Shown: piece by piece, positions 1 to 12,000 of the stretch
Position numbering within the stretch: position 1 is the stretch's first letter
Layout of the letters: the number at the start of each line of letters is the position of its first letter
Assembly (NCBI GenBank): GCA_903944895.1
Contig: CAJATL010000226.1
Span: 7,762 to 71,761, forward strand
Direction of reading: 5' to 3'
DNA: 64,000 nt
From: an uncultured Bacteroidota bacterium
GTDB lineage: Bacteria > Bacteroidota > Bacteroidia > Bacteroidales > 4484-276
Program-made: the position numbers and the translations under genes
Notes under the pieces: model-generated
Databases searched by the model: none
Seen by the model: the letters and a program-made list of their open reading frames with translations, nothing else
Told to the model about the DNA's origin: nothing

Positions 1-3000
1 CTTGTTCATCCACCATAAGGCTAATGTAGGAATGGTTACCCCAGATATGGCTTTTAGTAAGTACCTCAACCTTGAATCCATTTTCCTATCAATACCTTGT
101 TGCTGTTTTTTGGACAGCATGTCGATCATTTTGAATGTTCCCTGTAACCTTGGATTAAAGAATGGAACCATCATGTTTAATACCTCCCCATAGGTACCAG
201 CTTTTTTGAAGTTAAGCGTAACCTCGTTTGCTGCGTTTGTAGCTTCTATCGCCCGGTCTCTTTTTAGCTTGTAAACCTCTGCCTGATCACCGGCCTGATA
301 AGCTGCTTTTATCCTACCTTCGTATGACCTCATAACGGCGTCGAACTCTGCATACCTTACGCCACTTTCAGTAATTGAAAGGGCTTCTCTGTATGACTTC
401 AATGGGTGTTTAATTATGTGATACCCTACATTTTGAAGTGTGATATCCGCTACTTGCTTCGCGGCTTCCCATGGCGTTGCTGCCCACGTTACTCCCGGGT
501 CCATTTTCTTTTTTAGCATAGCTTCCTGTAATAAGCTATTCATGTTGTCAATATCCTCCCCAAGAAAATTCGACATTTCAACGCCAGACCTTCTGAACTC
601 ATTGATGTATTTTCCGGTGCCAAATGTTTCGGCCCAGATACCCATTAATTGTTTATCAAGCCTGCCACCACCCTTGTATTTGCTTTGAAGTCCTCCGGTT
701 GGAATATCCCTAAGTGGGTTTGTGATCACAGCAAACGATACCTTAAATGCGGTAGCCCCTAACTTAAGCATCATGTTTGGTTTAACTAATAATGTAGTCA
801 TAATCCAATTAAGATGCGTTGGGCGCATACCTTTTGTTATGGCCTCATAGAATAATGGGTGTACTTGGTAGAATACCTTCTTTCCTGTCTCTGGGTCTGG
901 AATCCATACAATGTTTTCGTTTTTCATGGATTGGGTGTAGCCGGCATTTACCCACACATCAAGCAAAGATTCCATGTCAGCGTCAGTAAGGTCTGCGCCA
1001 ATTTTTTCAAGCTGATCCTCTATTTGCCTAATACCAAACTGAACTTTCTTTTTGTCAGAAGATATTTTTTCAAACCAGTTACCAAGTCCGTATTTATGGG
1101 ATTGCTTGTCGGCCATAAAATCAATAAATGCCCTGGCTACCCTTATTGAGTTTGCTGCATTGACTATTGATTCTACCTCCCGGATCATCATCTTTATTGG
1201 CATCCGGATATTTTTATCGCTTCCGCCATGCGTGAATGATTTAATCGGGCTTCCAACGTTGAATATCTTATTACCTCCACCACCAGAAAACGTACCCTTA
1301 TCCAGTACTTTTTTAAGCATGATGTATGATGGGTTTTGTTGTAATATCCTATCTTTGGCTTTTTGGGATAACCCACCGGCCTCAACAAGATAATCCATTA
1401 CCATACTCATAAATTGAGTTAATTCTTCTGTAAATTTTTGTCTTTCAGGTGTGTATAATGTATCTACCAGATGAACTGCTTCATCCAGTGGCATACCAGT
1501 ATTTATCGGGGTTGAATTATTATCCTTATCAACCCTGTTATGGAGATCAATAGCCCTTAATGCCCATGCGTAAAGTATTGCATCTTCAAAATCTTTTTTG
1601 GTTTTAGTAACCGGGCTCATCACTTCTTTTAAGCTCTTGCCGGTTTTTTCAAAGGCATTATTATAAGTTCCACCCAACACAAACCTGTTTGTGGTTAACG
1701 CTGCTGTCTTTTGACGGGAAGCTGCAATTTGCCCGGCGTGTTCAGATGGCCTTACAAAATCAACGCCTGATTGCTGCATCATTCTATTAAATACCCAATC
1801 AATCACAGATAACTTATCTTTCCATTGTGATGCTACTTTTAATGATACCTCCGTGCGCTTATCCTTTGATGTTAAAAACTCTTTGGTATTTTTATAGGCT
1901 CTCGTAAGTTTACCCTCATCCATCATATCAATAGAGTTTAGCGCCCGAAGTCTGGCCCCTTGCATTCTCCATTGAGTTACTTGTTCACGGTACCAGTCAA
2001 TATTTTCCGCCACTTCTTTGTTGGCCGGTTTCCATGTGCCCTCAAACCAAGCCATAAATTTTGGAGCAGCCAATCGTATCGAATCATCCGCACCACTGGC
2101 ATACAACCTCATGTATTCTGCAAAACCTTCCAGTGGGCGTTTTTGTGAAGGATCATAATCAAGGTCAGCAAGCTCTTGTTTCATTTCCGGGGTAAGTTTA
2201 CTTGCCCTACCCTTGGTAATGAAAAATTTATAATCAAGGTCGTGAGCAATTTCGTGAGCAAGCACATCAAGCATTTTGTGTTGTTTGGTGCGAATTACCC
2301 TTGCCCAAGGTTTAAATATCCCAAGCGTTCTACTTCCGGCGTGCATCCGGCCTTTTCTGATCTTCAAATCAAATCTCTTTTCGGCTTCCTTGGTGATCTG
2401 CATTGCATCCACAGGCTTCTTTCCACCAGTTTGATCATCCAGTTCCATATTCATATCCCGCACTTGGGTTTTACCTCCTGCAGCCATAGCATTTACACCA
2501 CCCTCCGGACTACCCTCGTTGAAATCATCAATAATGGCTTGAGCTTCTTCTTGTTTTGTTTTTGGGAGCATCCACCCCTTTTGACTTCCGATCCATTTGG
2601 CTCCAATGCTTTTAAGGGCATCCTTAATGTCAAATGATTCTTTTACGATGATACCATTCGTGCCAAAATCTTCGATAACCGGTTTTTTCTTTTCTGCTGG
2701 TTGCTTTGGTACTCTTACCGGGCCACCGTCAATTTCATCAATTACCCCTTCATCCTCCTTGGTATTTCCTTCCAGCCTGGCTTTATCTAAATCCTCTGTT
2801 CCAGCAACAATAGCCCTGATAACTTTTCTTTTTTCATCAGACCTCTTTTTCCGATTGTTGTCGGATGTGTTTGGGAAGTAAACCATCGTTACTTTGGCCG
2901 GTGATTTTGTGTTTCTCCGACTTACCCTGCCCAATACCTGCTCGAGAACGTCACCAGAATATTCACCTGTTGCGATTATCATTTCCCTGGGGGAATTGCC

Positions 3001-6000
3001 AACAACATCATCGAGATTGATTCCGGTGCCACCGCTTTTCGATGTCATTAACAACACCTTTGCTTTCCCTGATTGAAACTTATCCTGTTCCCGGGAATAT
3101 GCCTTGTTTTTGTTTCCACCGAATATTTTAGCGACCCCAATACCTTCTTTTGCAAGGGCTTGTTCTACCCTATAAATCAACGTTTCTTCTGTTGGTATTT
3201 CTCTCTCGTAAAATCCATATTTAGAACCGGCTGATCCTGCTTTTACTTTTACCTTGTTTACATAGCTGGCCACAACAACCACCTGTTTACCGGCAGCAAG
3301 TGCCTTCTTTACTTTATTATAAACTACATCGAATTTACCGACTTCATTGATTTTATCAATGTTAGCAAGCATCGTGAAACGTTCCTGTTTTTTAAATTCT
3401 TCGATTTTGCTGTGCAACACCCAATAGTTCTGGCTTAAGCTCTTGGATTCGTACTCCTTTTTGAGTTTGGCGTACATATCCTTCTCGGATAATCCTTGAA
3501 TACTCGAAGTATTTAACCCTGTGAATTTATTCATCACAACGTCTTTGACTGTCCTGGCAATTACTATACTCATAGCATTGTCAATCCTGTCGTTATGAAT
3601 TTCTTCGATTTTAGCAACCGTTTGTGGGTTTGAGTACGGGTGCTTATCATTCATCTCATGTTTCTCGTCACCTATATCTCCAAAGAAAGGATATTCCCTT
3701 CTTACCATAGCGCCCTTGGTAATAGCTTCTTTTCTTAGCTCGAGCAATTTTACAATATACTCTTTAACGCCGCCCGGGATTCTGACTATCGGAAATGTTT
3801 CGCCGTTTTTCGTCTTCCATTCGATTTCAACACCTAATCGTTTTTGAATTTCTTTCTGTGGTATGTCTGTGATCTCTGAAAGGAAATATACCGCATGTTC
3901 CGGTTTGTCCATCGGGGTTGCGCTCACAAACATATTGTGCTTGGAGTTTACCTTTGATTGGGCTATTGCTTTTCCGGAAAGCGGGTTTTTAAGGTTCTGG
4001 CTTTCATCGTAAATAGCCAAAGCATATTCGCCTTGTCCAATTTTACCATTTCTCAAATCATCATAGGTCCCGATCTCAAATTTATTGAGATCAATCCCCA
4101 GCGCTTTTGCGTCCTTTACAAAACTATCTTCGATTACATTCCCAAGGGAAACGATAAGCACTTTTCCTTCTCCGCTCATTTCGTTGGCGATCACTTCAAT
4201 CATTCTTGTCTTTCCTACGCCGGCACCATCGGCCAGCAGGAATGATTTTCCTTTCGCTACTTTGAATCTGTCAATTGCGAGGTTTGATGCGAATCTTTGG
4301 TTTTCATCAATGTCGTATTTGCCATCTACAATATGTTCTTTTGAAGGACTTGGTAAACTTCCTTCATCTGCGATTCGTATTGGGGGTCGAACTGCGCCCG
4401 TTGTTCCAGTTGGTCCATTATTGACTGATCCCCCCGCCACGTTTCCTCCGGCTTCCACCCCTTCCTCGTTGGGTTTTCCTGGTACGAATCTTCTGTAATC
4501 GAATCCGCTGATTTCTTTTCCATTTGATAAGCTATTTTTTACTTCTAATGATAAATCTGATTCATCTCTGAATATCTGGTATGCTTCCTGTAGTTTGGGA
4601 AGCCAATCGTTATATCCTTTTTCGGCAAGGTACTTTGCTACGTCCTCAATTTTATAGTAACCAACTTGTACCAGCTTTCCAATAACGCCTACAAATGGTT
4701 GTAATTTTGACAAACCACCAGTTTCAAATACTGGCTTACCAAGCTCTCCAAGTAACCCGTCGATCTCGCCCATGATCTTCTTGATCTTTTCATCATTACG
4801 GGCGAAGGTTATTTTTTCTTTTGGCTTTACGTCTGGTTGGACGTCTGGTTTAGCCCCAAAATTACCGGCATTAAACGGAGTGTGCTGTTTGGCGTCAATA
4901 TGGTACAGCAGGAAACTTCCATTTTCTTCCCGGGTCTGGCCTTTATTGTATTTCAAAGTAGCTGTTACATCATCCTCACCAAAGGTAGTCATTTTTTCGA
5001 TGGTGTAAAAATCACCATACCTATTATCCCAATATTTCTCACCAACCTTGATTTCTAATCCCTTGTACCGTGTTTTGGCACCGTAACTCTTTACTTCCTT
5101 AATTTCATCTTCCGGTTCTTCTTCGATTGCTTTACGCTCGGTAAGTAACCGGTCAAAGATTTTTTTAACCTCTGGGGTTAATGATTTTTCTATTGGGCTA
5201 CCCACTAAGGATTGATAAATGTCAGTAAGCCATGTTTTGAATTTATCAAACAATGACTGCATTTCCGGATCGGGGGCATTGCCATCGCGGAGGTACCTTT
5301 CAAATCCCCGGGCAAAGGCTTCGCTGCCACCAATTCTTTTTACTACGCCCCTTTCAATGTAGTTTAGGTCTCCTTCAAATACGTGAGCAATCTCATGTAC
5401 CATTGTGGAGAAGTCGGGGGATTCAAGTGCGTGAATCACGTACTTGCCATCCTTTAAGGTTTCAAGTGCGCCTTTTTTAATCCCTTCGCCTTCTTGGAAT
5501 TTGAAGTCCGGGTGTATTTCGGATTCTTCACCCCTCATTGGGTATGTAGTTTCCCGGACATCGAATATCTCTGATATGAAATAATGATTGTTGCGCTTTT
5601 GGCTGTAACCCAAAACAGAATCATATCCGGCCTTTCGTACTGCATGGGCAACAATGTTTTCAAGAATGGCGTATTTTAGGGTATTTCCCTGCTTACTTAC
5701 CCTTACCATGTCATAAGCAATGTCGTAATTATCAGAATAATAACTGCCTTCGTTGTACCTGGTAAGTAGGTTTGCAACATCCTCCGGAATGTCTTTTCTA
5801 TTAGACCATTGTCCAAATGGAGATGATAAAGTAGCGTCGTGTACTTTTGCAACCATATCATTATAAGCGCCCTTTCCCTTTATTTGATCATAAGCCGCTT
5901 GTGGTGCTTTACCACCAGTTGCTCCCCGCACAAATATTGGTTTCTTGATTAGGATTTCTCCCTCATGCTTTTCTTTACCGCCATACCCAATCTTGCCATT

Positions 6001-9000
6001 TCTGTAATGCCTTACGTCTGTGGATTTGTATGGAAGGTAAAATACACCAGTTCTTACGCTGTTGGACCCGGATTGATCAGGTTTCTGGTAACGTATGGCT
6101 CTTATGATAAGACCTTCGTCCGTTACTCTTGCTCCTTCTGTAGTTTCAACTGCATCCCTGAAAATGTGATCGGTTGGAAGTTCTGATTTATATTTTAACC
6201 TACCGGCTTGCTCCGGGTTTATCTGGAATTTGGGTAGGCCTTTTTCTACTTCGGCTCTTAGTTCTGGGGTGATATCAATAGAGTGCTGGGTTTGTTTTAC
6301 TTTTCCCAACTTATTTCTTGCCTCAACCGCTTTTTCGTATGTATCGAATAGTTTTGGTTCTTCGCCTGGTTCGCCTATCATCAATTCCCATTTTTTACCA
6401 TTCCTTTCGATTCCTATTTGATCTGGACTTGTTAAGTCTTTGGTTTCAATATCGGTAGTACTTACCTTTTGCTTAAACAGTTTCTCCGCTACTTCTCCAA
6501 TAATGCCAAGTTTACCTTCGGTTGGTGATCCATAGAAACCTTTCATTCCCTTCCCGCCTACCTTTAAACCCTCACCTTCAATTCTTCCTGATTTTTTATC
6601 TGTCAATACTCTTTCAGATAGTTCTTTGCCAATAACGTCTTCCAGGTTTTTACCAACCGATCCTATGCGTTGGTTTTTTTCCTCGGTTATTTTTCCTGTT
6701 TTACTGTCAACATACAGGGTAGTTATTCCGTCTTTATGTGAAATATCAACATACCTATTCCCACCAAACCCGTCTTCATATTGAATATAATCCACTTGTT
6801 TTTCTAAACTCCACCTATCATTCTGCTGCTCACCGGTAGTCCAGGCAATTTTATCAACACCTTGCTTTACTGCTTCTTTTAAAGCTACCTTAAGGCCAAG
6901 TTTTGTCCATGATGCTGTTTCAGTTACGAATGGTGCAGATTGAATGCTTTTTTTCCCAATATTATTTTGATTGTGGTCAAAAAGCTCCTTTTCAATGGCC
7001 TTTTCTTCCGTGTAAGCAACTTGTATGCTTTTTAGCTTGGTTCTTTTATTAAATATTGTAAATATTTTAGTGTTGCCAAGGTGCGGTAAAAATGGATTGT
7101 TCCTTCCAGAATCTTTAGATTCTATTATTTCAAGATCATCTGATTTTAATCCACCACCAATAAAGCCTTCTTTCTTCCCTTTCTGACCCCAATCACTCTG
7201 AACTTCTTCGAGAAATAATACCTTTTTGCCATCGGCACCAACACGGGTGTTCATGCGGAGGTGTACAGCAATGTTTGGTTCGCTGTAATGTGTATCGTTT
7301 ACAAACTGTACATCAGTTTTTGCGCCAGCATTTGCTTTGAGTAAGTCAATGACGTAATCTCTCGATTCGCCGGCCTCAAATGGATTGTAGCCTATGTTTT
7401 TTTCATAAATTTCGGCAAGCTGCTTGTCGGATAATGTTTCGTAATCTACGCCCTTGCCTTGTTTTGGAAGCGTTACCAGTATTTCTTTGTAGTTTTCTTT
7501 TTGGCCTTCGAGTTGGTATTGGGAATGTTTGGTATTGTCAAAGCCATCTTCATTTTGTTCATCAAGAACAATTTTTTTAGCCTCGTTTACTGTTTTTGCC
7601 TCTGACTTATCAACCGTTCTGAATAAAACACTAAGACCATTTTCTTGTCCATAAACGCTCCAATTTCCCGACGCTGTTTTCTGAACCGTTAAATCATTAA
7701 TACCTATTTTATCGTTTGTTCCTTTCACTACCTCCACGATCTCAATCCTGTTATCTTTCAGGAAATTTTGAATGTCGGCTTTGGTTACGCTTCCTGGCTG
7801 TGACTGCAGCCAATCGGTTAATCCAGTCCACTTAGCTTCTTCACCTTTTAATTGACTAAATTTTTCAACCCATTGTTTTGCCGGTAATTTATCATATTTT
7901 GCGTCAATAATTACCTTTTCCAGTGGGGAATAAAACCCATTGACTATCTCCGGAGAAACAGACTTACCATTCACGGTCCGGCCATCAGGTAGCTGGTAAA
8001 GCTTTGTGGTGCCATCCATAAATTCTCCACCACCGACATCGGCGATCCTATCATACCATTCATCGGGGGTTCGGTTTAATATGTCTTCACTTGCCCAGCT
8101 TTTTGCTCTTGCCTCCATTATGGCAATGGCGGCATCTATTTGTTGACCGGGGATGCCTTTTTTACTGAACTCTGCCCTGAATCTTTCGTGGACGTATTGT
8201 TTGTGTTCAGCGGAACTTCGTTTGATCGGCTGTTGAGGGTTTGGAGCATCTGGTTTAACCTGCCCTTTTCCATCTTGTCCAAACTTTGTAATATTGCTTT
8301 TAACTTTTTCATAATTATCAAGACTTTGTTTAAGTACTTCGTCAATAATATCTGCCTTTGTTCTTTCCTTACTTACCCCTGTTTCAAAATCAGTTTCAAG
8401 CTGACCAACGTGAGCGTTATAGTTTTTGATAAACTCTTTGAATTTTCCTTCAAGTTTTATCGCTACGGCGAGGTCGGCTGCATCAAAATTCTTTACCTCA
8501 AACATATTAACCTGCGAGGCCCATCCTTCCAGAGATTGCCCCGTTTTCTTTGCTTCATTGATAATCCCGATGGCGGTTTCTACATTCTTCTGTAAGGAAC
8601 TTTTGCCCAGCGCGGAGTTTTTGATTAAAGGAATAATTGAATCGAGAATCTTGTTGCGGATATCGCCCATTTGGGCTGCATCCAGTGTACGAATTGTTCC
8701 TTCGCTTAATGAAGACCCGAGTAGTATGTTGTTAACTAACGCAACGCCCTCTGCGGTTGATGTTATTGCTTTTTTATCAAAATACCTCGGCATTTCATTT
8801 GGCAATAAAATACCCTCCTCCTCGAACAACTTGATTAACTCTTTAACCTTTTTTGGGTTTGAGGTAACGTCGCTCATTCTGTCGGCAGTCTCGTAAATAC
8901 CATACAATAACCTTCTTGCCCGGTCAGTGATGATCTTGCCGATTTCTATTGCTTTTTCAATTGGAGATTGTGTTTTTTTATCATCCTTGTTAAACTTAGC

Positions 9001-12000
9001 CCAATTTTCTACCGTATAGGGCATTTCCTCTTTAAGTTCAAAAACAAACATCGGATTTTTAATCTTATCAATTTCATTTGGATTAATGCCATACATTTCA
9101 GCATTTTCCTTTAATATTGCTGTAAATTTTTTATCCGTACCCCTTATTGCAGCAAGCTGTCTTCCTGCCGTTCTGTTTGTTCCGCTAAATACAATTCCGC
9201 GTTTGTCAACTATTGGTAATTGGAATACCATTCTATCATCTGGGTTTAATGATACCCTTTCAATTTCACCCTGCTTTGCCACGCTATTCTCATAATCACT
9301 ACTATTAACAGTAGTTCCGTCTGGATTTGTTGGAAAATTTGGATTCTTTGCAAATGTTTCTGGGTTGTGTGAGGGAACAACATCATCACTTGACACGCAT
9401 TTAACTACACCAACAATTCTTTCCCCATTTGCGATTGTCTGCGTCATTGTTCTTCCTACAAGTTGATTCTTACCCTCTTTGTAGTTTTTGTTTCCGATTT
9501 CCGGGGATTGTTCTGGCTTTATGCCTTTCGCTGTATTGTAGTTTTTTAATATCTCCGTGGCAGCATCGAATCCGATTTTGAATTTACGTTGGATTTCACC
9601 AAGCGTTACTTCCCCGTGGATTAATTCTTCAACGTCTTTGAGTGTGATAACCTCACCGTTTTTGCGGGTGTGGAGGATTTTTTCTTCACCGGTTACCGGT
9701 TTAAACCCAGGCATTTTTTTGATGCCAAGTTTATCCAGTACCCGGGATTCGTAAAATTCCTTTTCCTTGCCTTCCGGCATTAACCCATCACGATTTAGCT
9801 GTTCCCAAGCAAGTTCCTTGGCTTGCTCTAATCCAATTCTCATTAATGGAACGCCCTGCCTTTTTGCGTAAAAATTATTCCGGCTATCTTTGAATACTTC
9901 GGCTGAATCCCTTTCTGATGTATTGAATAACCTTTCTATTCTTCCTTTTTGGTCTTTATACAGGTACTCGAGTTCTGAATCAGTCATATCCCACGGCTCT
10001 TTATCAACTTCACCGGCTGGCCTTTCATCTATTGGCATCCCAATTTTTAACTTTTCTCTATTTACCTGGGCCTGAATGGCACTTAATTGATCGGGGGATA
10101 ACTTCTTGCCGTTTGATTTACCTGATTTTAAAATCAACTCACCTTCGGCAATGCTGTTCTTGATTTTTTGAACTTCTGCCGGGTCGGTAACTTCTGGTTT
10201 TTCCTGTGCCGGTTTTTCAGAATGTTTTTTAATCAGTTCTTTGATCTCTGTTTCGTACTGATTTTTAACTTCATCAATGTAGGCTTCCTTGATTTCGAGT
10301 TCATTTTTACCCCTTTGGGTTGCCTTGAATTTTTTTAATGCTGCGTCCTCGATGGAAATTTCTTGTATTTTACCTCTTGCGGTGTTTTCTACTTCATACA
10401 GCTTGTTTTCTTTTTTGTTGTAGCGGATAGTGTTTGTTGACCCGTGATTTGTGGCGTAATGATCGAAAAGATTAACGTATTCTTTTTCTTTGGCCTTTTT
10501 TTCTTCCTCTGCCTCTAAAATTGAAACAATTTCATTTTCTTTTTTAGTTAGTTCATCAACCCGGCCCCGAAGTTCTTGTATTTTACCTGCATTTCCTTTT
10601 TCGTCTTCTTTTTCAAGGTCAATAATCTGATTATTCAAATCAAATATTTCGTTCCTAACTACAGATAAATCATTTCTGGTAACGGGCTTAATTTCTGGAT
10701 TTGGTGGAGGTACTGGTTTTTTTTGTTCAACCGGCTTTTCAACCTTTTTCTGTTCCTTCGGTGTAAATTCACCAACCAACACTTCTTCCCGGGTTTTGTC
10801 AATAATTACTTGGCGCTCGGCCTCAAGTTTCTCGAGTTCTGGTTGTAGTTTATCAATTTCCTCGGAAGCCTGTGCCATTTCCTCGTCGGACTTCGGGTTG
10901 CCTATTTTTTCATCAATGGCCTTAATTTTGATGCTTAACTTATCAATTTTAGCATTTATCTCTTTGGTGTTTTTCTCAACCTCCGAATCAGCAATTGATA
11001 AAATATCAACTTCCTGCTGTTTCAATAGTTCAATCTGGGCATCAATTTCTGACATCTTTGCTAATGTCTCATTTGTTACCACACCATTTGCTAAAATGTC
11101 TTCGTTTTGAATCTTTTCAGTTTCGGAAGTTAGTTCGGTAATCTTGTTTCTTACCGAGGATAATGCGTCGCGATTTGTAAGTTTTACCTCTGTGGGTGCG
11201 GGCTGTGGCTTCTTTTTTTCTTCCTCTAATTTCTTTACTTCTTCTGCTTTGGCTTTTTCTTCCGCAAGCACGTCAATAGTCCTGTCAATTTCGGCGTACA
11301 GGTCTTCAACAACCTTTTGTTCATTTGGAAGCCTTTCGCTGGGCATCATGGCTATATATGGCTCAATGCCATTAAGAAGACCTTCTTCTTTAAGTTTGGC
11401 CATAGTTACTTCGCCAATTCTTTTACGTTGTTCATCGGGGAGCGCCCAAAGTTTGTTCAGGTATTTGTTGTTTAATGAAAGGTGATTGTACTTATCAACC
11501 GATTGCTGTGCATCAGCCGGATTATCATAAAACTCTGATACCAATAAATTACCTCTACGATCTCTTATGTCAACATACGCACCATATTCTGTTGTGCGAA
11601 GGGTAACATCATCTGCAGGAATATCGTTCATTGGAGCCATTCCCTTGGAGCCAAAAAGTATTTTTCTCTTTACGCTCTCTGGAATGTTTTTATTAATGAT
11701 AAGTTCGTGTAATCCATACTCACTTAATGGTCTTACCATATCAATATCGGCCATCCTTTTCTTTTTCCCAAATTCATCACGAACGGACATTCTTTTTTCC
11801 CATGGCAATAGAAAATCATATTTATCTAAAGCATGAAGTTCTCCAGCTGTGAATTTTATCTCTTTCCTTAATTTAGCCTTTGCTCTTTCGTTCTTAAATG
11901 CACTTATCTCATGGGCTATTCCTTTTGCCTTCATAAATCCGAGCATAGCAACGCTCTCCATAAAGTCTTCGGAGGTTACTTCTGATAACCGGCCTTCAAG